From: an uncultured Chloroflexia bacterium
GTDB lineage: Bacteria; Chloroflexota; Limnocylindria; Limnocylindrales; CSP1-4
Reading direction: 5' to 3'
Length of the DNA stretch: 64,000 bases
Assembly: GCA_963749705.1 (NCBI GenBank)
Contig: CAVVNQ010000011.1
Coordinates: 32,001 to 96,000, forward strand
Made by a program: the position numbers and the translations under genes. The notes under the pieces were generated by a model. It worked only from the letters and a program-made list of their open reading frames with translations. It had not been told where the DNA came from and searched no databases. Shown piece after piece: positions 38,732 to 47,739 of the stretch. Each line of letters begins with the position of its first letter. Within the stretch, counting starts at the first letter, position 1.

Positions 38732-38794
38732 TCGAGCTCGCGACATCACACCGGTGTCCGGGTCCCCCGCCGGCCTTCGGGGCCCCGGCGCCGG

Positions 38795-40198
38795 TCAGCG
38801 GCGGGCGATCGCGTCGACGGGAAACGCGCTCGACACCATCGCCGGTGCGACGACCGCGTCGATGAACGGGGCCTCGCCCTGCTCGCGCCGGGAGCCGACC
38901 GCCTCGATCGATCGGAACAGGTCCACCAGGCCGACCGTGAACCGGAACTGCGGTGCGGGCCCGACCACGCGGCCGCCGCGTACCCGCCGCGTCCCGTCGC
39001 GGGTCGTCCCGGTGACCAGTCCCTGGCGCGGCTGGACCACCCGGACGTAATCGACCCGCTCGATCACCAGGCCGTCGTCGAGGATCCCGAGGAGGTCATC
39101 TGGGTCATCGTCGCCCGCCGAGACGATCAGGTGCGACGGGCTCGGCCCGGACCCGAACCGCCAGCCCGGCGGCGCCGTGTGGCCGGTCGGATCCGTCCCC
39201 GCCAGGGTCGCCGTACGCACGTCGTGGACGACACCCACCGGGCGTCCGGCCTCGACCAGCGTGACGGCACGCTTCGGCCAGCCCGCGCAATCGAACGCGG
39301 CGGGCAGCCCGGCCGGATCGCGTGCATCGTCCCGGAACGTGATCAGTCCCGACAGCGTCGGGGCGGCATCCGAGCGGCCGGCCAACCCGCGAGGAGCCGT
39401 CGTCGTCGTCCCGAACGGGCCGACCGTGCCACCGGCACCGACGGCGCCCAGGCCGATGTAGGCAAGGGTCGCGGCCAGGGTGGCCACGGCCTGCGGCCCG
39501 AGTATCGCCCGCGCCGGACCGTCGGGCAGGTCCAGCAGCGGCCCGGCGGGGATGCCCTCGGCCGCCGCGGCACCGGCCTCCAGCGGGTCGATCCGGCCCC
39601 AGCAGGTGTCGATCCGGCGCACGAACGTCGAGCCGTGCTCGCCGGTCGCCACGACCTGGAGCGCCGCTCGCGACCGCTGCTCGGCGACCTCGAGGCCCGC
39701 GGTGTTGGCCACGATCGTGTCGGTGACGCGCGTCGAGATCGAGCCGCCGAGGCTGATCTCGTCCGGGATCCGCTCGGCCAGGACGCCGAACACGTGCGCC
39801 CGGTCCGCGGGCGACACGGCCAGCGTCTCGTCGCATGCAGCCGCCGGGCCGGGCGGGCGGGTCCACGGGGCCGGCATGGCTGCGGGGACACCCGCTGGCA
39901 GCAGGTCGAGGGCCGCCGCGAGCCGGTCGATCGTTGCCCGCACCCGGTCCCCGTCCGCCGTCTCGAGCAGGGCCCAGCCCTCCCGGTCGCCGCGGACGAG
40001 CCGGAGGCGAAGCAGCGCGCGCTCCTCGTCGTGCTGGTAGGTGATCTGCCGGTTGCCGAAGCGCAGCAGGCTCAGCCGCTCGCGGAGGAGCTCGATATGA
40101 GCGCCGTCCGCACGCGTCCGCGCGTGGCGCAGGTGCTCGCCCACGAGCTCGCGATCCTTGCCCGCTCCCCCACCATCGGATACCCGCACCTCGTCCAT
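38795..40198 (-). CDS. tldE: TldE/PmbA-family protein
   Basis: LLRFGNRQITYQH, GPQAVA, TGHT, TGTTRDG; lacks HExxxH; TGATG-coupled to tldD. Confidence 0.8.
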   Translation of the reverse strand: MDEVRVSDGGGAGKDRELVGEHLRHARTRADGAHIELLRERLSLLRFGNRQITYQHDEERALLRLRLVRGDREGWALLETADGDRVRATIDRLAAALDLLPAGVPAAMPAPWTRPPGPAAACDETLAVSPADRAHVFGVLAERIPDEISLGGSISTRVTDTIVANTAGLEVAEQRSRAALQVVATGEHGSTFVRRIDTCWGRIDPLEAGAAAAEGIPAGPLLDLPDGPARAILGPQAVATLAATLAYIGLGAVGAGGTVGPFGTTTTAPRGLAGRSDAAPTLSGLITFRDDARDPAGLPAAFDCAGWPKRAVTLVEAGRPVGVVHDVRTATLAGTDPTGHTAPPGWRFGSGPSPSHLIVSAGDDDPDDLLGILDDGLVIERVDYVRVVQPRQGLVTGTTRDGTRRVRGGRVVGPAPQFRFTVGLVDLFRSIEAVGSRREQGEAPFIDAVVAPAMVSSAFPVDAIARR

Positions 40199-41646
40199 CA
40201 GACGCCGACGCGCGCGTTCCGGAAGCGCGCCGGGACCGCGCCGTGACCGATGTGGGCGACCTGGAGCGGCTCGCCCTTGTTGCACGACGGGAGGCCCCAC
40301 TGGCGAAAGCTGGCCCGATCGCCGACGGCGTCGCAGCCGGCCCAGAACTCGAGCGTGTCGCCCTCGTAGGTGGGGTCCCTGAGCATCCGCCCCAACCGTC
40401 CGTCGCGGATCTCCCACGCGATCTCGGCGCCGAAGCGGAACGACCGGCGGCGGTCGTCGATGCTCAGGCTGCGGTTCATGTCGATCAGGATCCCGTCGCG
40501 CGTGGTTCCGATCATCTCGTCGAGCGGCGTGTCACCGGGCTCGATCGACACGTTGGTCATCCGGACGAGCGGGATCCGCCGCCATCCGTCGGCGCGCGCC
40601 GCGCCCGACGAGGGCTCGTCGAGCGACGCGGCCGACCCCCGCGAGGACAGGAACCCGACCACCATGCCGTCCTCGATGATCGTGGTCCGGGTTGCGGCGA
40701 CACCCTCGTCGTCCCAGGCAAACGAGCCGAGCGCACCCGGGCGGGTCGCGTCGGCGACGATCGTGACCAGCTCGGTCCCGAACCGCTGGCGCCCGCGCTC
40801 GGCGGGCAGCATGTACGTGCCACCGGCGGTGCTGTCCTCCGCCCCGAGCGTTCGGTCGAGCTCCGACGGGTGCCCGGCGGTCTCGTGGACGAGCTGCGCC
40901 ATCTGGCTCGCGCCGACGATGAGGGTGGTCGTCGCCGGCGGGCAGCGATCCGCCGACAGCAGCGCCGCCGCCTCCTCGCCCACGCGGGCAGCAGCCTCGA
41001 CCAGCCCCAGCGAGCGGACGTGCTCCCAGCCGGCATTGGCGAAGTCGCCCCGCTCCCCGATGATCGACCGGGGAACGCTCTGCGGATACGACCGGCGCTG
41101 GACATCGGTCTCGTTCCGGGCCGTCGCGAGCAGGCCGGCGCCGGTCTCCGTGATCACCTGCTCGATCCGGCTGCCCTCGGTGCTCGCGAACAGCTTCTCG
41201 TCCCGGTACGCGTCCGCCGATGCCTGGGCCGAGACGACCTCGGGGCCCGCAGCGCGCATGATCCGCGCGCTCTCGAGCAGGAGCTCGATTCGCTCGTCGA
41301 GGGGGACCTCGAACGGGTCCTGGATGCAGGGCGACGACCAGGTGCCCTCGACGACCGGTGCGGGCGCGAGCCGGGACCGTGGCCCGGATGCCGCACCGGC
41401 CTGGCCGACGGCGATCCTCACCAGCTCCGCCAGGCCATCGACATCGGTCCGCGTCGACGCCGCGAACCCCCACTGGCCGCCGACCAGGACGCGGAGCCCG
41501 ATCCCCTCGGTCTCCTCGAGGACGAGCTGCGCCACGCGATCGTTCTCGATATGGACGCCCTGGTGCCGCCGCCGGACGACCCGCACGTCCCCGTACTCGA
41601 CGCTCGAGGGGAGAAGCCCCAGGATGCGCTCGGCGAGGGCCCGCAC
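40198..41646 (-). CDS. tldD: TldD-family metalloprotease
   Basis: HETAGH zinc motif, WDDEGV, PLVRMTN, CNKGEP. Confidence 0.9.
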   Translation of the reverse strand: MRALAERILGLLPSSVEYGDVRVVRRRHQGVHIENDRVAQLVLEETEGIGLRVLVGGQWGFAASTRTDVDGLAELVRIAVGQAGAASGPRSRLAPAPVVEGTWSSPCIQDPFEVPLDERIELLLESARIMRAAGPEVVSAQASADAYRDEKLFASTEGSRIEQVITETGAGLLATARNETDVQRRSYPQSVPRSIIGERGDFANAGWEHVRSLGLVEAAARVGEEAAALLSADRCPPATTTLIVGASQMAQLVHETAGHPSELDRTLGAEDSTAGGTYMLPAERGRQRFGTELVTIVADATRPGALGSFAWDDEGVAATRTTIIEDGMVVGFLSSRGSAASLDEPSSGAARADGWRRIPLVRMTNVSIEPGDTPLDEMIGTTRDGILIDMNRSLSIDDRRRSFRFGAEIAWEIRDGRLGRMLRDPTYEGDTLEFWAGCDAVGDRASFRQWGLPSCNKGEPLQVAHIGHGAVPARFRNARVGV

Positions 41647-41655
41647 GGCCGGCGG

Positions 41656-41940
41656 TCAGTCCGCCGCGTCGCGGGCCAGGCCGGCGTGTGCCGGTGTCGG
41701 CGCCGCGTGGGTCTGGGCGGCGCGGCCGGCCCGGGCGATCGAACCGAGCAGGAACAGGGAGACCGCGGCGAACAGGACCACGCCCAGCGCGTCGACCGGC
41801 ACCGGCGTCTCGTTTGCGGCCAGCCATCCCGTCAGCACGAGCGCAAGCACGGCCCCGACTGCGACGAACCCGTCGTCGATCACCAGGCCGATCACCTGGT
41901 CGACGGTGCCGCGCAGGATCCCCGAGATCGAGATGTTCAT
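41656..41940 (-). CDS. Small two-TM membrane protein (GLVIDDG motif)
   Basis: TGATG-coupled to the upstream gene; two hydrophobic helices. Confidence 0.75.
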   Translation of the reverse strand: MNISISGILRGTVDQVIGLVIDDGFVAVGAVLALVLTGWLAANETPVPVDALGVVLFAAVSLFLLGSIARAGRAAQTHAAPTPAHAGLARDAAD

Positions 41941-42698
41941 CAGACGGCCCTCGACACGACCCGGCCACCGGGCACCATGATGTTGAGCATCCTCACGCCC
42001 GCAATCGACACCAGGACGAACGCGATGAAGATGACCGGCAGGGCCAGCGCATCGCCGGGCCACTCCACCCCCATCCCCTCGGCGGCCCAGAACACGCCGA
42101 ACGAGCAGAGCATCGCGCCGACGAAGTACTTGAGCGTGTTCTCCGGCACCCGGCTGAGCGGCTGGCGCACGATCGCGCCGATGATCGAGACCAGCACGAA
42201 TGCCGCGATGGCACCCAGCGTCGAGGCGAGCATGGCGTCGGTCCCCGACGCGCCCAGCGCGATCACGATGAAGGCGACCTCGAGACCCTCGAGCAGCATC
42301 GCCTTGTAGCTTGCGACGAACCCGATCCAGTCGAAGCGGTCCGACGACAGCCCCTGTGCCCGGAGATCGGCGACCTCGCGCTGGTAGATCGCCTCCTCGT
42401 CGTGGAGTGGCACGATGCCGGCGTACCGGAGGATCGCCTTGCGGATCCACTTGAGCCCGAACAGCAGGAGCAGCGACCCGACGAAGACCTGGAAGGCATG
42501 CTCGGGGATCACGTTGATCAGCGTCACGCCGAACACGCCGACGAGCGCACCCAGGGTCAGCAACGCGGCGCCCGCGCCGTATAGTGGCGCCCGCCAGCCG
42601 CGGGTCACACCAATGGCGAGGACGATCGTGTACGCCTCGACGAACTCCACGACCGATCCCATGAACGCCGGGACGGCCGCCACGACCATTGTCAGCAT
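41940..42698 (-). CDS. COG4280-like membrane protein, putative metal permease
   Basis: Duplicated ExxE motifs (VVEFVEA, LLEGLEVA), PLSRVPENTLK, about seven TM helices. Confidence 0.8.
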   Translation of the reverse strand: MLTMVVAAVPAFMGSVVEFVEAYTIVLAIGVTRGWRAPLYGAGAALLTLGALVGVFGVTLINVIPEHAFQVFVGSLLLLFGLKWIRKAILRYAGIVPLHDEEAIYQREVADLRAQGLSSDRFDWIGFVASYKAMLLEGLEVAFIVIALGASGTDAMLASTLGAIAAFVLVSIIGAIVRQPLSRVPENTLKYFVGAMLCSFGVFWAAEGMGVEWPGDALALPVIFIAFVLVSIAGVRMLNIMVPGGRVVSRAV

Positions 42699-42728
42699 AT
42701 GTAACACCTGCTACGTTGTACTCAATGC

Positions 42729-42758
42729 ACTCTAGGATCGCGGCAGGGCGCTTGTCAA
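42729..42758 (-). promoter_or_regulatory. Sigma70-type promoter for the COG4280-tldD-tldE operon
   Basis: TTGACA (42758-42753) N18 TAGAGT (42734-42729); imperfect inverted repeat TGTAAC-N4-GCTACG at 42700-42715 just before the start codon. Confidence 0.6.
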
Positions 42759-42810
42759 CCTGCATCGACGGGGCCGCCGGGCATCGGTCACGGCGCGGGA
42801 TTCGGGCGTC

Positions 42811-43530
42811 GTGACGAGGTCGCGGGACAAGGCGCCGACGTCGGGTGCGCCTGCCGACGCGTCCCCCTCCGCGGGCACGTCCACAGCCGCCGGCGCGTCC
42901 ACCGCCGTCACCGTGTCCGCCGATCCTGCCTGGACGCTCATCGTCTATCGGGTCCCGACGGACTCCTCGCGTGCCCGGGTCGCGATCTGGCGCGACCTGA
43001 AGCGGCTGGGTGGCCTGTACCTCCAGCAATGCGTGTGCATCGTCCCGCACACGACCGAGACCGCCCAGAGCATGACCGCGATCCAGGAACACATCGAGGA
43101 GCTGGGCGGCACGTCCAACGTGTTCGACGTGGCGATGAACGACCCGCAGCGCGACCAGCTGATCGCCGACTTCCGAGGTCTCGCCGGGCGGGACTACGCC
43201 GAGATCGTCGAGGAATGCCAGACGAAGTTCGTCAAGGAGATCGAGTTCGAGCGGTTCCGCTCCAACTTCACGTTCGAGGAGGTGGAGGAGATCCGCCACG
43301 ACCTCGAGAAGATCCGTCGCTGGTTCAGGCGAGCCAGCGCGCGGGACTGGTTCGGGGCCCCGGGTCGGGCCGAGGCGGAGACCTGGATCGAGCGATGCGC
43401 GGCGCTCCTCGACGCGTTCGAGGAGGACGTGTTCACCGTTACCTCGGGTGATGACGCGCCGCCACCGGCGGCGGCCGCGGCCGAGGCCCCGGCGACGAGA
43501 AGGTCAGCCGGCGCCGACGCCCAGGGCTAG
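42811..43530 (+). CDS. ChrB N-terminal-domain-like protein, putative transcription regulator
   Basis: WTLIVYRVP..SSRARVAIWRDLKRLGGLYLQQCVC, FTFEEVEE, RDWFG; divergent from the COG4280 operon; start uncertain. Confidence 0.75.
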   Translation: MTRSRDKAPTSGAPADASPSAGTSTAAGASTAVTVSADPAWTLIVYRVPTDSSRARVAIWRDLKRLGGLYLQQCVCIVPHTTETAQSMTAIQEHIEELGGTSNVFDVAMNDPQRDQLIADFRGLAGRDYAEIVEECQTKFVKEIEFERFRSNFTFEEVEEIRHDLEKIRRWFRRASARDWFGAPGRAEAETWIERCAALLDAFEEDVFTVTSGDDAPPPAAAAAEAPATRRSAGADAQG

Positions 43531-45564
43531 GTCGAGGAACGCGAGCTCGTCGGCGCGAGCGTCGATCAGCTTGCCGACCGGCGTGCCGGCACCATGGCCC
43601 GCGTCCGTGTCGATGCGGATGATGATCGGCCCGTCACCCGCCTGTGCCGCCTGGAGCGCCGCCCCGAACTTGAACGAGTGGCCGGGCACCACGCGGTCGT
43701 CGTGGTCGGCCGTGATCACCAGCGTCGCGGGATACCGCGTCCCTCGCCGGACGTTGTGCAACGGCGAGTACGACAGCAGCGTGCGGAACTGCTCTGGGTC
43801 CTCGGACGAGCCGTAGTCGCTCGTCCACGCCCAGCCGATGGTGAACCGGTGGAACCGCAGCATGTCCATCACGCCCACGCCGGCGATGGCCGCCCCGATC
43901 AGCTCCGGGTGCTGGGTCAGCGTCGCACCGACCAGCAGACCGCCGTTGGACCGGCCGCTGATGCCGATCCGATCCGGCCGCGTCCAGCCCGAGGCGACCA
44001 GCCACCGCAGGCACGCCGCGAAGTCGTCGAACACGTTCTGCTTGTTGTCCAGCCGCCCCGCGTCGTGCCAGGCACGGCCGTACTCTGAGCCCCCGCGGAG
44101 CGACGCCACGGCGAGCAGGCCACCACGCTCCATCCAGGCCAGCCACTCCGGCTTGAAGGTCGGGCCGATCGCGACCCGGAACCCGCCATAGCCGTAGAGC
44201 AGGGTGGGGACGTCACCGCTGGGCTCGACATCGCGGCGCCGGGTCAGGAACAGCGGGATCCGGGTGCCGTCATGCGAGGTGACGAAGACCTGCTCGCTGA
44301 TGAGATCACCGGGGTCCCAGGCGAGCCGCTGCCGTCCGACCTCGCGGACCGTGCCGTCGGCCATCCGCACCGCCAGCACGGACACCGGCGAGGTGAACGT
44401 CACAAACGTCAGGTACAGATCCTCGTCGTCGCGCCGCCCCGACAGGTCACCGATCATCCCGATCCCCGGCAGCTCGACGTCCGTCACCCGCGTGCCATCG
44501 AGCTCGTGGATGGCGAGCCGGTGGTGGGCATCGTGGAGGTACGCGACGGCCAGGCGGTTGCCCACGATCCGGGCGTGCGCGATCGCGTCGTCACCGGCCG
44601 CGATCACCTCGCGCGGGTGCGCGGGGTCGTCGATGTCCACCGCGATCACGCGACCCATCGGCGCATCGAGGTCGGTCGCGAGGTACAGGGTCCCATCGAT
44701 CGAGCCGATGTGGTCGTAGCCGGCATCGGCGGCGTCGAGCAACGGGCGGACGGTCGCCGCCTCGACACCGGCGGCCAGGTCGGCGACATAGACCCGCTTC
44801 TCCGGGTCCGTCCCGCGCGAGACCGTGATCACCAGCAGTCGGCCGCCGTCGGTCACCTCCGGGTTGAAGTTCCACTCCGGCTCGTGCGGGGTCGAGAACA
44901 CCAGGCGGTCCTCGGCGGGATCCGAACCCAGGCGGTGGTAGCGCAATTCCATGTCCAGGTTCGGCGCCGCATGCGCCGCATCCGGGGGCGGCGGCTGGAA
45001 CCGCCCGTAGAAGAAGCCCGCATCGTCGTGGGTCCAGGCCGCGGTCGTGAACTTGCACCACGGGATCCGGTCGGGCAGGGCCGCGCCGGTGTCGACGCGC
45101 CGCACCGTCCAGGTGTGCCAGTCGGAGCCGGCGTCGCTGATCGCACAGGCGATCACCAGCCCACCCTCGGCCACCACCGCGTCCGCCAGCGCCGTGGTGC
45201 CATCCGCGTTCAGGGTGTTGGGGTCGAGCAGCACGCGCCCGATCGCGTCCGGCGCGTCGCTCGTCCACAGGACATCCTGATCCTGGAGCCCGGTGTTCCG
45301 AAGCTGGAACCAGCGATCGGCGCGGTGCCACGGGGCGCCGGCACGAGGAACGTTCCACAGCTGCGCCAGGCGCTCGCGAATGGCGCGCCTGGTCGGAACC
45401 GCCCCGAGGACCTCCACGGCGAGCGCGTTCTGTGCCGCGATCCAGGAGCGGGTCGCAGCGGACCCGGCGTCCTCGAGTGGGCGGTACGGATCCGCGATCG
45501 GGGTGCCGTGATAGTCGTCGACCTGATCGGCGGTCGGGGCCGGGGGGTAGCGAAGCGTCGGCAT
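43504..45564 (-). CDS. Prolyl oligopeptidase (S9A)
   Basis: DPYRPLED, YGYGGF, GRSNGG, HDDRV, GHGAG. Confidence 0.95.
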   Translation of the reverse strand: MPTLRYPPAPTADQVDDYHGTPIADPYRPLEDAGSAATRSWIAAQNALAVEVLGAVPTRRAIRERLAQLWNVPRAGAPWHRADRWFQLRNTGLQDQDVLWTSDAPDAIGRVLLDPNTLNADGTTALADAVVAEGGLVIACAISDAGSDWHTWTVRRVDTGAALPDRIPWCKFTTAAWTHDDAGFFYGRFQPPPPDAAHAAPNLDMELRYHRLGSDPAEDRLVFSTPHEPEWNFNPEVTDGGRLLVITVSRGTDPEKRVYVADLAAGVEAATVRPLLDAADAGYDHIGSIDGTLYLATDLDAPMGRVIAVDIDDPAHPREVIAAGDDAIAHARIVGNRLAVAYLHDAHHRLAIHELDGTRVTDVELPGIGMIGDLSGRRDDEDLYLTFVTFTSPVSVLAVRMADGTVREVGRQRLAWDPGDLISEQVFVTSHDGTRIPLFLTRRRDVEPSGDVPTLLYGYGGFRVAIGPTFKPEWLAWMERGGLLAVASLRGGSEYGRAWHDAGRLDNKQNVFDDFAACLRWLVASGWTRPDRIGISGRSNGGLLVGATLTQHPELIGAAIAGVGVMDMLRFHRFTIGWAWTSDYGSSEDPEQFRTLLSYSPLHNVRRGTRYPATLVITADHDDRVVPGHSFKFGAALQAAQAGDGPIIIRIDTDAGHGAGTPVGKLIDARADELAFLDLALGVGAG

Positions 45565-45647
45565 CGGCTCATGCTACGGGTGGTGGCCCGGGCCGCGCTC
45601 GGGCATCATCTGTTGCCGGACGCCGCCCGGCGCCAAGAGGAGTCCCG

Positions 45648-46229
45648 ATGACCGAGCACGAGCACCACCACGAGCACCACCACACCGTGTCGTACCCGGA
45701 TGCCGTGGCGGAGCTCCGGGCCGACAAGGACGCGTTGTTCAAGGAGGCCGACGGGAGCCCGATCCCCGCGACCGAGCGCGATACGTTCGGCGGCCTCCCC
45801 TACTTCCCGATCGATGAGGACCTGCGGCTGGACCCGCTGCCCCTCGTCCCGTACACCGGCAGCGAACCCGTCAAGTTCGAGATCCCCACCTCCGACGGCC
45901 GGCTGCGGCCCGCCGAGCGCGCCGGGGTGTTCCGCTTCGCGCTCGGTGGGGTGGACTGCTCGCTGACCGCGTACCGGTTCGCCAACGACGCGAGCGACAC
46001 GCTGTTCGTCCCGTTCCTCGACGCGACCAGCGGGACCGAGACGTACGGTGCCGGTCGATATCTCGACCTCGAGGCCGAGGACGACGGGACGTACGTGCTC
46101 GACTTCAACCTCGCCTACCACCCGTCGTGCGTCTACGACCCGCGGTTCTCCTGCCCGCTCACCCCCGCCGAGAACCGGCTCTCGGTGCGGGTCGAAGCCG
46201 GCGAGCGGCTCGCGCCCGGGCACGCGTAG
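45648..46229 (+). CDS. DUF1684-family protein
   Basis: PFLDATSGTETYGAGRYL, LDFNLAYHPSCVY, CPLTPAENRL; His-rich N-terminus. Confidence 0.9.
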   Translation: MTEHEHHHEHHHTVSYPDAVAELRADKDALFKEADGSPIPATERDTFGGLPYFPIDEDLRLDPLPLVPYTGSEPVKFEIPTSDGRLRPAERAGVFRFALGGVDCSLTAYRFANDASDTLFVPFLDATSGTETYGAGRYLDLEAEDDGTYVLDFNLAYHPSCVYDPRFSCPLTPAENRLSVRVEAGERLAPGHA

Positions 46230-46347
46230 GGCGCGCTCCCGGGCTCAGCCCGGCGGGCGCTTCCCTGCGGAGGCTGGCCGTCGGGATCACCTGCCGCGCG
46301 GTGCGGCGTCTTCCGCCGCGCGGCATTTGGGTCGCGTTTGCGTCACC

Positions 46348-46486
46348 CAGCACCCACACGACTGCAAGGCCGCGTCGGTGATCCCCAGGGCACCAGATCA
46401 CGGACACCGAGCACTCACACGGCTGGATGAACCGATATTGCGCCCGGCAGCCGCCAACCTCGCTCCCATCAGCCGCCTGGGTGCTA
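46348..46486 (-). ncRNA. Structured non-coding element, resembles an IS110-family non-coding end (bridge-RNA-like), no transposase
   Basis: 17-nt closing stem (46486-46470 with 46364-46348; 16 pairs including G-U only on minus strand), 8-bp continuation, two branch hairpins; lies between convergent genes. Confidence 0.55.
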
Positions 46487-46524
46487 CCTGACACAAACGG
46501 GGGCTGGAAACGGACCGACGAGCA

Positions 46525-46603
46525 GCCGGGGCGAGGACCCAGGAGGCCGGGCGACGATGCGGGATGCCGGGGCGAGGACCCGGGAGGCCGGGCGAGGACC
46601 CGG
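46525..46603 (+). repeat. Imperfect 30-nt direct repeat x2 plus partial third copy
   Basis: GCCGGGGCGAGGACCC(A/G)GGAGGCCGGGCGA at 46525 and 46566. Confidence 0.75.
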
Positions 46604-46611
46604 CGATGCGG

Positions 46612-47559
46612 TCAGGCGCCGTCGACCATCGGCCGGCACTCGCCGATCCAGCGCTCGAGCGTCTCGGCGTCATACGGCGCGGCAAGCTCGGCGATGAACG
46701 TGTGGAACCCGAGCGCCTTGTACTCGCGCATCTGTCCGGCGATCTGCTCCGCCGTGCCCGGCCAGAACGTGTCGTCGTCCGCGATGTCGGACATCGGCGT
46801 CCGGTTGTGGGCCATCTGCGCCTGCAGCACCCGGCGCGCCTCCTCGGCGGTATCGCGGATGATCGGCTTGCAGCCGAGCGTCATCTCGATGGTCGCGACG
46901 TCCCGTCCGACCTCGTCGCAGTGGCGCTGCAGGACCTCGATCTTGTGCCGCATCACGTCGACCGGGCCCATCGCGTTCCACATGTCGGCGTACTTCGCGA
47001 CGGTCCGCAGCGTCTTCCGCTCGCCCGAGCCGCCGATCATCACCGGAAGATGGGGCTGGACCGGCGGCGGCAGCAGGCGCATCTCGTCGAGCGCGTACCG
47101 GCCACCCTCGGGTGAGGTCACGGCCTCACCATCGAGCAGCCCGCGGATCGCCCCGATCGACTCGTCGAACCAGTCGAGCCGCTGGCCGAACCCGGTGCCG
47201 AAGTCGATGCCCGCCGCCTGGTGCTCGAGGTCGAACCAGGCACCGCCCAGACCTGCGATCGCGCGCCCCTCGCTGATGTGATCGATCGTGGTCAGCATCT
47301 TGGCCACGAGGGCGGGGTTGCGGAACGGGTTGGCACCGACCAGCAGCCCGAGCCGGGCCCGGGACGTGACCTTCGCCCATGCCGCGAGGGTCGTGTATCC
47401 CTCGAAGATCGGCTGGTACGGGTCACCGAAGATCGCGTACAGGTGGTCCCACGCCCACAGGTGGTCGTAGCCGAGCTGGTCGACGCGGGTCGCGACGGCC
47501 TCCTGGTCGGCCCACGACGTCGCCTGGTTCCACAACAGCACGCCAAGTCGAGTGTCCAT
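46612..47559 (-). CDS. LLM-class (probably F420-dependent) oxidoreductase
   Basis: WAWDH, FRNPALVAK, GLGGAW, GGSGERKTLRTVAKYADMWN. Confidence 0.9.
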   Translation of the reverse strand: MDTRLGVLLWNQATSWADQEAVATRVDQLGYDHLWAWDHLYAIFGDPYQPIFEGYTTLAAWAKVTSRARLGLLVGANPFRNPALVAKMLTTIDHISEGRAIAGLGGAWFDLEHQAAGIDFGTGFGQRLDWFDESIGAIRGLLDGEAVTSPEGGRYALDEMRLLPPPVQPHLPVMIGGSGERKTLRTVAKYADMWNAMGPVDVMRHKIEVLQRHCDEVGRDVATIEMTLGCKPIIRDTAEEARRVLQAQMAHNRTPMSDIADDDTFWPGTAEQIAGQMREYKALGFHTFIAELAAPYDAETLERWIGECRPMVDGA

Positions 47560-47660
47560 GTGGTCGATCAGCCTCCGTGTCGTCGCCGTCCTGCTCGTCT
47601 CGCCTCCACCCTACAGGCTCGCGCCGTCCGACGCCGTCGCAGACGAGCGGTCGATCACCG

Positions 47661-47720
47661 CGCCGGGCAAGATGGACGAGGCGCATCCGCCGGGCAGGAT
47701 GGGCGAGGCGCATCCGCCGG
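47661..47720 (+). repeat. 27-nt tandem repeat x2.2
   Basis: CGCCGGGCA(A/G)GATGG(A/G)CGAGGCGCATC twice then CGCCGG. Confidence 0.8.
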
Positions 47721-47739
47721 CATCCGGGAGGCGCGATCC

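Noticed and set aside
41656-41940. Small ORF as a RiPP precursor for TldD/E
   Set aside because: It is a hydrophobic two-helix membrane protein coupled to COG4280, with no Cys/Ser/Gly-rich core and no YcaO or other maturase nearby.
42811-43530. Chromate-resistance operon
   Set aside because: No chrA transporter, and the protein lacks the ChrB C-terminal domain.
46348-46486. SAM, SRP, 6S or hammerhead identity for the structured element
   Set aside because: No GGCAACC SAM core, no SRP CAGG-GGAA-AGCA loop, no CUGANGA/GAAA core, branched rather than rod-like, and not in a 5' UTR.
46525-47720. 27-30-nt repeats as a possible CRISPR array
   Set aside because: Only two copies each, no spacer series of regular length, no cas genes.
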